This document shows, one piece after another, positions 36,339 to 48,539 of a stretch of DNA of 64,000 nucleotides; the first letter of the stretch is position 1; each line of letters starts with the position of its first letter. The stretch is from Balanoglossus misakiensis (lineage: Eukaryota > Animalia > Hemichordata). The DNA lies in the NCBI GenBank assembly GCA_040954595.2, contig CM082586.2, forward strand, positions 5,504,509 through 5,568,508. Direction: 5' to 3'. A program made the translations under genes and the position numbers. The notes beneath the pieces are model-generated. The model was not told the origin of the DNA, made no database searches, and saw nothing but the letters and a program-made list of their open reading frames with translations.

Positions 36339-36851
36339 CTGCACACAGCCAAATAAAAGGAGCCAACCAATCAGGGACTTGCATTTACAATATCATTTGG
36401 GTAAGAGAATATTTCTTTAAACAAAATTCAGCTGAGAGGGACCCCAAATTTGTAGCTTGGAAGAGTCTATCAGATTAAAACAATTGCCCAAAATAGAATA
36501 TGTAACAACTATTTTCATCATTGCAGTCGAAGTCGAAAAAAATCTGTCTGACTGGAAACTGAAAATCAGATTCGCAGAAAGATTATATATGTATATAATA
36601 GTAAGTTCTAGGAGGATTTTGGCAGTATTTCAGTTTCACTGCCCTAGAATTCAGTTTATTTGGTGCCTATTCATGTCCGTCTTACAATCAGTGGAACACC
36701 TCTGTAGATTGTTTTCGTTTTGGTGTGTTCGTGGTGCGTACCAATGCCTGGTTTATTGGATCACGCAACACCAACTGGGGGCCCTCCGGTATTTTGTTTC
36801 CACAGTTCTCTTGTATCACCCCTGGCATGTCTGGCCTCAATCGCTGACAGG

Positions 36852-39800
36852 TCAAATGGTCTGACCTGTGACCTCGCCAGGTGTTTGTTCGTCATCATTT
36901 GCCGAAGGCTCAATTTCGCGAACAGTGGGCTTTTCTTGGTGACGTTGATCACTTCTTGGCAACATCGATGGTTCTGTCAACTCTCCGCGCATGTCTTTCT
37001 CCTTGCGGTTTTGTTGGAGGCAACTCTCCTCAGACACCTCGCTCTGCTTGGCTAGTTCCGCTGTGTTCTCCGATATTCTCTCAAAATTCTGTGTTGACGT
37101 CTGTGTTGACCCCTCCTGCAGTGCAGCATTGAGGTCAACGGATCTCAGTTGCCACGATAGTTCAGTCTGAGTTTCCTGCTCCCTTTTGATACCTTCAAAT
37201 TTTCGTGGAATTCCATCCAAACATTCCAACCGGTTTACAATTTCGTTCATCCGTTCGTTGGTCTTGATCATCTGTTTTTCGAAGCCGTCCATTCTCAACA
37301 GTATGTCGCACTGATTCTTCTTGATTTCTTCAAGTTGACATTGAATATCAGGGGTGGGTGGCTGTTGGAATCTTTGCGTAATCCCAGATGCGCCAAATAG
37401 GCTTTCTGAAATAGCATCCGGTAGGTTGCGGAAGTATTCATGGTATTGGTAATTATCCACCGTATCAACTGATGGGGTTGAATAGTGTTGGGGTGAAACA
37501 CTGGTGTCCTCCGGTATAATTTTCTCAGGGGAAAGTGTTCCTTTGTCAGTGCAGAGCGAGGCATAGTTGGTAAGCTCTTGTGGATGCGATACAATTTCTT
37601 GCTGACCCTGTTGCTGCTGCTCTTGATGCTGCTGTTGTTGATGCTTCTGTGGTTGTTGTTGCTGTTGTTGATGCTTCTGTTGTTGTTGTTGCTGTTGTTG
37701 TTGATAATGCTTCTGTTGTTGTTGTTGCTGTTGTTGATGCTTCTGTGGTTGTTGTTGCTGTTGTTGATGCTTCTGTGGTTGTTGTTGCTGTTGTTGATGC
37801 TTCTGTTGTTGTTGTTGCTGTTGTTGTTGATAATGCTTCTGTTGTTGTTGTTGCTGTTGTTGATGCTTCTGTGGTTGTTGTTGCTGTTGTTGATGCTTCT
37901 GTTGTTGTTGTTGCTGTTGTTGATGCTTCTGTTGTTGTTGTTGTTGCTGTTGTTGATGATGTTTCTGTTGTTGTTGTTGTTGTTGTTGTTGTTGATGCTT
38001 ATTTTGTTGTTGTTGCTGTTGTTGATGCTTCTGTTGTTGTTGTTGTTGCTGTTGTTGTTCATGCCTCTGTTGTTGTTGTTGTTGCTGTTGTTGATTCTTT
38101 TGTGGTTGTTGTTGCTGTTGATAACCTAATGCTTGTGGCATTATATCGGAATATTGTGTTAAAGTTTTCACCAACAATGTGTAGGAAATGTGTGGGCAAT
38201 GAAAAAATCTACTATCTACTAGAAATTAAAGTTGCCTCTGTTCCATTCTGGTTCGAAAAAGTTTCCTTAACCCAGTTGCCATGCCAATTACAAAAACACC
38301 CCCAAATCTTTTATTAACTTTGATATGGTTTTATAGCAGTAGATAGTTCTGTGTTTTATTAATTTAACAAAGACTATAATACCGTGTTCAAATGATGAGT
38401 ATTAACAGTTTATTGCTTCAGTAAATGAATCATGCTAAACCCAACTTTATTAAAGGCGTTTAATGATAACCCGACGTGGACGCGATGTTTTCTACATACG
38501 AATTCAAAATATCATGTCTACCATGTGTTTTAATGTATGAGTATTTGTTATTGTCTAAATCTGTTTAATCTGTATGGTAACTGCGTTTGTTCAGTCCGTT
38601 GTTAATAAAGAGAATAGTAGAACTTTTGCTGCATATCGAAATGATGACCATTTTAAAGATGGAGAGAATGCAAAACTATAGTTTGGACAAGAAAACTTAC
38701 GATAGTCTTTTATGCGATCATTCAGGGTCTCCTGTTTGTCTGAAATTGCAAAAAGAAATTATCAGCCACATATCACCATGGCTTGGGAGAATGACCTGTG
38801 TTTTTTGAAAATGAAAAATGGCAAAAATAATAGGTGGACAAATAAAATATCAGAGTAACAAGAAAAAATAGTACACTTACGTATATCAGAAATGTTTGCC
38901 GCATAAGCAGAGTACAGCCTAAGAAACCACTTTGTCCCATTTCTAGCACATAAATCTTCCAGCTTTTCGCCAGTGAATTCACTGTGATCATCCTTCATAA
39001 GTTTTAACAGGTATCCCTGCAGTATTTCATACAACGATTTATCCGTGCATGTTTCGTCGATCATGGGCAACACACATACACTCCCTACTGTAGAAAGAAA
39101 GCAAATGTCGACATTATCATGTGGAAGTTAAGTTGGGTTGGGTTGCTCTTACCTATAGGCTAGCTTAAAATGCACATTCCGTTTCTCAGTGTCATCGTAT
39201 AGACATTTTTGTCGCGATGTACTTCTACTGCATTATTTGCAATGATGCACTATTGAGCAATTACACTTTGCGCCTAATTTGACTTGCTGGGAACTTCGTC
39301 ACGTGGGATCCAGACAGGACGACCCTCCTTCTTTTTCAGACTTTCTTCCGAACAGTCACACTTCCTGTCTCGAGTAAGGAGTATCAATCGAACCTGTACG
39401 AAAAACTATGATAATGTAATAGAGTATAAAGGCTACAACAAAAAGAGAAATACATCAAACTCACATTGTTTGTTTATATCTGCAATAGTATTCATACATT
39501 CCTTACAGTGGCAGAACCAAATCAGCCGGTCGCATTTCGATTTCGACATGAAGGAAAACCAAGATCCCTGATTGGATGAAGGAATCTGACTTACTAGCTG
39601 ATACAATTCATCATAGTTTGTACCTATCTTGCAGACCTCAGTCTTTGACGAAGTCTTTCTGTCGTAGAATGTCGTTAAGATGTTCTTGACTTTTTGGTCC
39701 TTTGTGTTAGGAAAAAGCATCGTATGACGCCCTTCGATGAGGTGGGATTTTGTATCGAATTCCTCTGTCTGGAACAGTAGAGTGTGAGATTCCAGATGTT

Positions 39801-40887
39801 CCTTATACTGTTTACGCTGACTGTCATTCCCAATTACCAATAGGTTGCATTCGCACACCATTCTGGGGAAGATGACCATTTCTTCGAAATATCTCCTTAT
39901 GGCAGTTTTTTGCGTTGCGTTAAATTCCTGCCAGAGAGAAAAACATCTTCCCTTCGCTGCAAGGCAACCTGCGAATCTATCCCTGTACGACCAAATTTTC
40001 AGAAAATGGTCAGAAACAATTTTGCCGTCTGCTAATTCTTCCGATTTTTCGTCGCCATAAAAGACGACCAGAAAGGAACCTGAAAATTAGAGGCGATGTG
40101 TTGCAGGTTAATGGTTTAGAATAATTCGTAACGTATTTATTTAAAAACAGTGCAAATTTGTTCTTTTGAGCTGAGAATACTATTCTGCGAATTTTAAATG
40201 ATCTCAGAGTCTAAAATCAATGGATTCGTAGTATGAACTTGAAAAACGAAGATACCTGCTCTCTATGCTCACACCCGTACATAATAAACAACAATTTGTA
40301 TGGAAATACATGTACAATCATTGAGCCAATCAGGTGCAATTGTGTGGGGTCTCATAATATTATCTCCATGATTGAAAACTTGATACATACTGTATTTGCA
40401 TTTGGGGTGGCCGTTTTCACAACCCAGGTGCAGATATTGCAAGCTGGCTGTAATCAGCCATTCACAGGCTCTTGTTTATACCACATGTAAAGGGCGCCAC
40501 ATACACAGTTACTATACCTATGATTGGGGTGTATTTCAATTGGAACTCTTATCACTGACTTCGCGTTATAAATCTGCGCACGGTTGAATCATATAACGTA
40601 CCCCGGGGCTTTGACACGGTCGTGGACAGCTCTTTGAGATCATCCCAGTGATCAACTGATGGGTCGCTGTCGGTTGGAGTCAGGAGGGCCCTCGTTTGCC
40701 TTGTATCTAAAACCACAACAGGAGTCACGGCGCTAAACTGCTCGTTCCTCTGCGGAGACGAATCCCTGGTGTACGTGTCGATAATGCATGTCATGTCACC
40801 TAGGATTTCTTTCAGTTGGTCTTTCACCATATCGTGGGCCTGTTGAAATGACTCAAATTTCGTGCAAACGAGGACTCGCTGCTCCAT
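36852..40887 (-). CDS. Uncharacterised multidomain protein: TIR-like alpha/beta domain, degenerate GTPase-like domain, helical region, polyQ tract and coiled coil
   Basis: Exons 40887-40602, 40079-39465, 39087-38881, 38739-38701 and 38218-36852 have canonical GT-AG sites, all phase 1, and join into one open frame. The first two exons are clearly paralogous to the 54097 gene (RQTR.L.TP...VDHWD.L; W.EFN..QK). Joining of exons 2-5 is inferred. Confidence 0.6.
37605..38122 (-). repeat. Coding CAA/CAG-rich repeat encoding ~170 aa of (Q)n-K-H units
   Basis: Repeated tgttgttgatgcttc units on the plus strand; in-frame polyQ on the minus strand within ORF 36852-38177. Confidence 0.93.
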
Positions 40888-41296
40888 TGTCTGGTGTCCG
40901 AGATTCCTGTGAACAAACAGAACATTTTTTCTTGTGTCAACTTGAGCGTCATAAATTTAGTCAAGTTTAGACAACTATTTGTACATCCTTACCTCTCACC
41001 GAAGGAAAATACTTCAATTCGCAGTTGTTCGCATATACGTCACCCACAAGCAATGCTATTGAATACACAGGCCTCAAACTACATGTACGAAAGCGCTGAC
41101 ATGGTTGGCAATCTCCTCCCAGTTCAAAGGTTAAATTGCAAATGAAAAACAACTACAAAGGTTAAAATGCAAATGACAAACAACTACAACTGAACCGTTC
41201 AGCTTAACAAGTTTTGTATCAGTATACCTGGCAGTGTCGAGAAGCCCCGTGCTGTACCTACGTCCATTATTATTTGATAGAAACTATATTCCAGCT

Positions 41297-44200
41297 ATGA
41301 CAAGCAACCTGATTTCGGTCCACGTGAAGAACTGTCGCGGGGGTAACGCGCTAGTCATAGAGTGCAAGGAATCGGAAAAAGTCAGCGATCTAGCGGCCAA
41401 ACTACATAAGAACGCCACACTGTTTGACATAAGTCCTGACGACATTAATCTGAACATACTGGACATCTACCAACCGCTCTCCAGTGGCAAGAAAAAATTG
41501 GAGTTCTTTGACCGCATCGCAAAACTGCGCGAAAATGACTATTTGGTGGAATTCGATCACCATCCCATTGAAAGTAAGTCGCTCATGCAAGACACATATG
41601 ACAAAGCGGTATGTCGCTATTGATAAGCACAATTTTTGTATAAAAAGCCAAACTTGATAATTGTCCCGAATCCCGGCCATTTCGCTGTATTTAACCGTCC
41701 GTAATTAAACCGCCCAAACCGTGAAGTTAAGTATTACATATCAAAGACAAAAAGGAAAAACACGTAGAGTTTTTTGCGGTTCTATATAAACAGTTAGACT
41801 TAAGAAATTGCGTTTGATGTGATCAACGCAAACTCACATTATGACACGGTTTCCACGTTTAGAACAAGAAATCAGAGTCAAGTACATTAAATCGATCAAT
41901 CCTATCAAGATCCGATGTGGCATGGACGACGCCATTTGTGATTTGTCGAACATCATTTCCACAAAATTGGGCGAATTCCCACTTGCGAGTGAAGAACGTG
42001 AACAAATTCAGGCGGAAGGAAGCGAAATACAGTTATTCCACCAGACGTCAGATGGGTCCCTGGAACCATTAGATCCCTTGCAAGAAGTCTCCAAGTTGCC
42101 TAGAAAGTATGTGGTATTTGATGTCTTGACACACGAGATGAAAACCCGTCGTGGAAAAAGTAAGTCTGGTGTTATCATCAATACGTTCTACATAAAGGTA
42201 TGGCTTTGTCGCATTTTAGCAATGAATATCCATAACCCAAAAATAAACGAGTGAGTCCTCGAGCTCGTCTCACAGGTGTGACCTTTTCGTATGTACAGTG
42301 TTGAACGGGTTGAAACTGTTGCCATTGGAGATTACCTTGCATTTTCCTTTCACCAAAATGCAAGGAAGACTTATACAGGTGTTATGCATTTTGATATGCA
42401 ATTCCTTTCTAATAAATTTTGTTTACTTTTTAATTTAAGGTAGTTTGCGTCTTGGGGACAGATTTTCACAAACATAATAGTCCTCCAAAATAAACCTTTC
42501 AATTCTTTGCAATATTAAAATGTGTGGGGCTTCTTTTTGTAAATACAGAAAACAGGATGTTCAGCGTTTCGTTTTATTCAAATCGTTTTATTTTTTTTCC
42601 CGTAGAGTTAACATAGAGATTGGTGGCCATTTTGAAGTTTAAGACAATGTTGATTTCTCATTAAAACATGACGGTGGCCCAAAAATTTTATTCTCAATTT
42701 CAAGAGAGGATAATCTCAGGTGTCCTTGAGCAAAATATGAGAGGTGCGTGCTACCTTGACTGGCCTCATTCTACGCCTGTCGGAGCAGGACCATAGACTG
42801 ATAGTATGCACACCCCCAATTAGTTCATACTTAAAACATTTATTTGCAGAAATCAAGTTATATGTCAAGCATTCAACCTCCAGACACACTGGGGTTATAG
42901 ACTGCTGGGAAAAGGACACAGTCGCGGATGTAATTAAACACATTAAGAATGGCGTCGATCGTTTCGGGTTGCTTGACACCAGAGATATGGATGACCCCCA
43001 AAAAATTGTTGTTTTGGTTAAACCTGGCCAAAAAGCAGGCGATGTCCCTGTAACACTCGAGCCGTACGATACGGTTGGTGATCTCCGAGACCAGATAGTG
43101 GAATTTCGCATGGAAAAGAAACTTTTAGTCGAAAAGGTGATAATCGGTAAGAACAGCACAATTTTATTTCTGTATTAGATTATTGCTGAAAATTTGTTCG
43201 CAGACTCGGTTACATTACAAGGGTTTTACTAAATCTGGGTCAGAGACTGTGATATTGAAATGCGTCCGTGTATTATTTAAGGAGGTACGTTACCATTCAA
43301 ATTTATGTGCGGATATTCATCAAACTAATTTGTCAAAGTACACGGTCAATCTGATCAAAACATTCTTACAGCATTAACATTGATATCTGTGTCATGTATG
43401 GTGGCAGAAAATGTTCATGACGAGCCTTCCATCAAATAAAAAATTGTTCCTAAAATCAAAATTTTTCACCATAATATTTCGGCATCCAGTATTTTTTTTA
43501 CAGGGTATGATGTTTATACTTTAAAACAGTAAGACACGTAGCATGTACATTTTTGTATCAGGCATGGTGCCTGATCAGCCTCATGGCGTTTCGCCTGCAC
43601 AGTCTTTATCTGCACCACATTCAAGTTCATGAAGTTGCTGAAGTTGCCCGTCTGGAAATATGAATGCCAACGTAACTGCGTCTGACGTCATTTGATATCG
43701 AAGAAAAGAACGTCCTGCGGACGTGACGCTAATGGCACAAGACCTGTAATTCACTTCGTAGTCCGTAAAAAAGTAGTGCAATGCCTAATATTTTGAGACC
43801 TGAATTGATGCTCGACAGGATTTACCATGGATATGTAGCATTTTTGAAGAGAGCATTTCGAAATGCATTCAAAATTCCCACTGGTGTGAGAGAATGTGGT
43901 GTAACGTTGTTGTACACAGCGGAATTATGCAAGGTGCATTGACTGCACACTTTGGCATGAATTTTATCAAAATTACCACTGGGGCGCTATTTTGATCTCT
44001 CCCGAAAAAAAATCCATGGATTTGCTAGTCTGGTCCCCTGCCCCAATCCCACCGCTGCGTGGGATTGGGGCAGGGGACCAGACTATTGACTTGCCTGCAC
44101 GAAAATTTAGCCTGTGCACAAATATACCTTGTTCTGACTGCAGTTAATGGGATTCGGCTCGCTGAACGTTACAAAATAGCTCAACGCTACCATTGTCATC

Positions 44201-46192
44201 TATGGAAAATGAATTACATGTTTTGCGCCTAGTCCGTTCCTCATCGAGAGGTAGCAACTGTCATGCATTGAGTCTTAGGATATACCAATGATAGAAGGTC
44301 ACCCAAAGGCGTCCATCCGCAAGACTCATATATGTGCTTCATAGCGCCCGAAGACGGCAGCTGATTGGCGTCGGTCAAACTATTCCGATGAAAATGCCTC
44401 ACAATTTAGTACGTAAAATGGATTTTTAGACCTTTTCACCAAACTATACTTTCAATGTGTGCGATTTCGTGTGTGATTATTTTCAGATGAAATCGAAGCA
44501 TTATGTGTTGGCCAAACGATTGCTTTCTTTGGTGCAGCTGGACATGGGAAGTCTTCAACAATCAACACCATCGGAGAGGTGAGATGTGTTTTCTACACTG
44601 TGTCTGAAATAGACCACTTTCCGAACTCAACGCGACTATGCGAGATCTCGCGAGCGTGGCAACGCAGTTTATATGAGAGGACATTCTCACGTGAAACATG
44701 ACAAACACCACATAAACCGCACAGAAGTTAGTTTAACTCATGCATCTGTTCAAGTTTCACACACAAAGTCTTATTTGTTTCTATTGATGTGCAGCGATAA
44801 TTAACCACGTACCGCGAAATCTCCCAATGAAAGGGAAATCATCTAGTTGCAATGATGTGGTTGACAAAAGCTTGGACACATTAGAATTGTCCGTTTCCCA
44901 TATATACTCCTCAAACACGGTCATGGTTTATGTACACTTTATTTCATTTTTGAGGCCCGGAGAAACCCCAGTGTTATACATGTATTAATTAAGTATTTAG
45001 CCAGACTTTTAGCTAGGTAGCCTACAATGCTTCTCGCCCCAGCTTTAAACATTAGTTTGTTTACCATTTTTGCTGTCTGCGTGTTTCTCAATCGTTTTTA
45101 CTGTGTGGCATAACACATAAAACACGCCCTTCTGCAGGTAATTTTATTTTATTACGAAACTTCAGGACGACTATGTTATACACGACATAGTAAATGTATT
45201 TGCTAAATTAGTAAGAGAAAAGGTCATGTAAAAAGCTTCTAGTATTAGAATTAAATTGTAAATTTTGCAGAATGACTGTGAAGTCGTTCTTGTAGGCCTA
45301 GTGTGCCATTAGAGCCTAGTTCACCGTAAGCTTAGTGCCTGATTTGACACTATCTCGCAGGTTGTGCCCGGTGTAGATTTTCCTCTTGCTGATGTGTGGA
45401 AAGGAACGGCTGCTGGTACAATTGTTATCTCACCGTATGAAATTAAAGTCGGAAGTCACAAGTTCACCTTCCTGGATGTTCCCGGCAACGGATTTCCCGG
45501 GTACGAGTCGCAAAGCGAAGAAAAGGAGACTTGCAATGTCCTTCGATGGATTCTACGGGGGGAATTTCCAAAGGACGCTAAGCCTAATTTCTGGGCGACC
45601 AATAACATGTTCAAATTCAAATCCTGGCTGACCTACATTAGGAAACCTAGCACTGGGAAAGTGCAGATGGCGGTAATAGTACAAAACGCAACTTGTACCC
45701 CGGACAAACTGGGTACTTTAGTGGTTTCCGGGGCAAGACAGGAGAAAGGCAAGTAGAATATCTTATAATAATCGAATGAAAATACACCACATGTATGTGT
45801 GTAGACACACATACACATACAGACACACACAACCCCCCCCACACACACGGCATTACACATTTCGATGCCATTCAGTACATGCAGTAGAACTACCTTCGAT
45901 TTTAGACTTAAGAATTAATTCAGTATTGTCTGTGGAATTTTTTTTTGCAGGAAATGGAATCCCAGTGGCAGCGGTAATGACACATGTTGACAAATTGAAA
46001 GACGACGGCGAACTGCAAAAGAAGATTACTGAACTATCAGAGATTACTGGCATCGACGAAAAATACATATTTCCCATTTCAAACAAGTCGGATAAAGGTG
46101 ACTACCTGAAGGGATCAGAAAGAGGGAACTACGTCCTTTCTATGCTGAAACAAATGTTAGCCAGGTCTAAAAGATACAAGTCCGAATCTTAA
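41297..46192 (+). CDS. IFI44-like P-loop GTPase with three N-terminal ubiquitin-like domains (gene 1)
   Basis: Exons 41297-41573, 41863-42159, 42850-43146 (each a ~95-aa beta-grasp-like unit, phase-1 introns), 44487-44578 (Walker A GAAGHGKS), 45361-45748 (FLDVPG, WILRGEFP, YIRKPS; GC donor) and 45951-46192 (VMTHVD, IFPISN, YVLSMLKQML). Confidence 0.8.
42436..42760. mobile_element. Degenerate non-autonomous DNA transposon (TTAA-flanked, Kolobok-like MITE) in intron 2
   Basis: Left end ttaaggtagtttgcgtc, right end gaggtgcgtgctaccttga (imperfect inverted). A related left end, ttaaggtggtgcgcaccttgtggacagat, occurs at about 10288. Confidence 0.5.
44026..44085. repeat. Perfect 60-bp palindrome (27-bp arms, 6-nt loop), MITE-like
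   Basis: tagtctggtcccctgccccaatcccac-cgctgc-gtgggattggggcaggggaccagacta. Confidence 0.9.
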
Positions 46193-46469
46193 GCAGCTCA
46201 TTTGCCAGAGACAGAGAAAAGCAAACATTTTGAAAACTAAAACGCAAATAGGATTAAACAAACAGACAACAAAGAAACAAATAATAACGCGTTTGAAGTT
46301 AAAACCATTGCTAAGCATGTACCCAAAACATTAATTTATTCAGTAATGTGACAACTGTATAACGCCTGGTCGTACATTGTAATTTGATCGTTGCATTTCT
46401 ATCAGACACTTTTGTGTCATGAATTGAAAGATAATTGCTAAATGCCATAATGCTTTATCGAGTCACGGT

Positions 46470-46830
46470 ATAGCTAGTTTTTAAACGAATGATCATTTTG
46501 TACCAAGAAATGTATTGGTTCTATTATATAATGCTTTTATATTACCTTATAACGTATGGTCTAGAAGTTTGGGGTACTGTATATCCATCTTCCTTGAATA
46601 CTACATTGTGTATTTATATTCCCCCAAAATGTATGTACGGGCAATAACCTTTTCTGGATTTCAAGTGCCCTCTCCATCATTATTCCAGAAGTTGGGAATT
46701 CTAGATGTTTACAAACTTCACAAGTTTCTCGGGGGAATATTCATGTTTGATTTAAAGGAGCAGAAGTTTCCTTTTCCTATACGAAATTACTACGAAAGAG
46801 TACATCATTGTTATGACACTAGAATAGCTA
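46470..46830 (+). mobile_element. Decayed LINE (L2/CR1-like) ORF2 C-terminal fragment
   Basis: LYNAFILPY, LFQKLGILDVYKL..FMF and HCYDTR are typical post-RT LINE motifs, with frameshifts. Confidence 0.65.
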
Positions 46831-47130
46831 TTCTTTGCAAATTTTGTAACGGTCCCTTTCTGTCAGTTTGTTATTCTATCGAAATGACAATTATTTGATT
46901 TGCAACAAACATGGAAGAGGTAAAGGACCATTAACTATTTGCCCATGTTTGCTGTATATTTTATTTGTGTCTCATCGACAATGTACAAATCACATGATAT
47001 TAAACATGTAGTAAGTACAGAAAAATTGAGCACGGTGTGTTGGCTACCGAATTAAGACATCCAAATATAGATTAAAGTAGATTATCAATTCTCAAGCCTT
47101 TGTCAGGTACGAGATAAACAGTTTGATTAA

Positions 47131-47483
47131 TTGCATTGTGTGTCTTTCGATTTGGTCGAGTTCCTAATGGATATTTCCATGGCACCGAATACAAACATGG
47201 TGCACTCCATACAGTTTTCTGTGTTTGTTTTCCGTTTTTTTTCTAGTTATTCATACACATATATATTTCTGAATGTAGATTTGCGTTTAAGCAGTTTACT
47301 TTGATTTTCTCAACTGGTTTTAATTGACTACTAGTATTTCTTGTCTCGTGGCTTCTAAATCTGCAACCAAATAAAACGCTGTGACGTTGCTTTCTCTTTT
47401 GCCTGTTTTTTTTCGTAGAAGGAAGGCTTCGCGGAATCCTGTCAATGCCTTAGTCATCATGGAATGCTACACCGATATCGTAA
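47131..47483. repeat. ~350-bp near-identical direct repeat (copy 1), downstream of UBL-GTPase gene 1
   Basis: ttgcattgtgtgtctttcgatttggtcgag...gctacaccgatatcgtaatg recurs at about 52031-52410. Confidence 0.9.
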
Positions 47484-48539
47484 TGCAAACAGGCTGGCAC
47501 AAACAAATCCTGATTTAAGCTGTTCTAATGAGACCGTTTGTGTCAATGATTTTTTTTTCTTTCAAATTTGGCTGCCCTGGTTATGTCTCTTTAAATTATT
47601 GGGTTGTCAGCCACAGCGTAGAACCGAATATACATGTATCTTTCCTCTATCGTGTATTCGTGTTTCCAATACAAAGAAATCTCTTTGATTTACATCAAAC
47701 CTTCAAGGGAGTGGTAATGGACTATTGGTAGTTTGTCTTTCTTTGCGCCTCATCTACAGTTACTGTACGCAATGTGAACAGAACAATCAGGCATGGTGTG
47801 TTGGCTGCAAAAGTAATACATTAACCATAGCCAGGGTCCCTGCGTTAACCAACTACATTTAAGTAGACCAACTACTCAAGTATGTGTCAGATACGAGATA
47901 AACAGTTTGATTAATTTGTTTTGTGTCTTTTGATAATGGCCGACCTGAATCCTTTGGAGCGATGGCTCCAAATATAAGAGACAATGTTATTCACGCAGAG
48001 CTCTATATTTAAATGCACTTTAACATTTTGCATTTTAACGAATTCGAGCTGTGAAGTAGTACATTACAATAAAATACATTCGACTTTGATTTCTTTTTTT
48101 TCAATTATACAGGAACAAATATAAATAATAAGAAAAATATCATCAACCAGAATTATGTTGGAACAGTCAGAAGAAAGCACCAAAACTCGATGTCTGACTG
48201 TAAATCCGTCCCCAAACTGGAATAAAATGTACAACACAGTTTGCTTTCGCTTTGTTCACTTCGCAGAATTGTTATGTTGGATTTGTGCCATAGCCCTAAT
48301 TACAGTATAGTTTATAACGCAAGCGCACGCATTCCAAAAATTCCCTGATAAAGCGGCGATGGTCGGCTGATAGACAAAGTCTACCCACCACTTTGAATAC
48401 TCAAACTGTAATTTCTACTAACAGGGGCCATAGTACGAACGACCATTCGAACTAAAACAGCATTACTCTGTTTGATCTACTTGATCAGTACACTCGCCGG
48501 GGTCTGTTTGGTGCGCATACGTTTATTGTACCCGAAAAG

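Noticed and set aside
37295-38317. Long poly-L, V/A/D-rich and poly-N ORFs (37578-38129 +, 37580-38317 +, 37295-38062 -)
   Set aside because: Alternate-frame and antisense shadows of the CAA/CAG repeat; only the polyQ frame joins phase-compatible exons and continues into complex sequence.
39255-39283. Short match to 61510-61540 (aattaggcgcaaagtgtaa)
   Set aside because: Probably a fragment of a dispersed repeat; too short to interpret.
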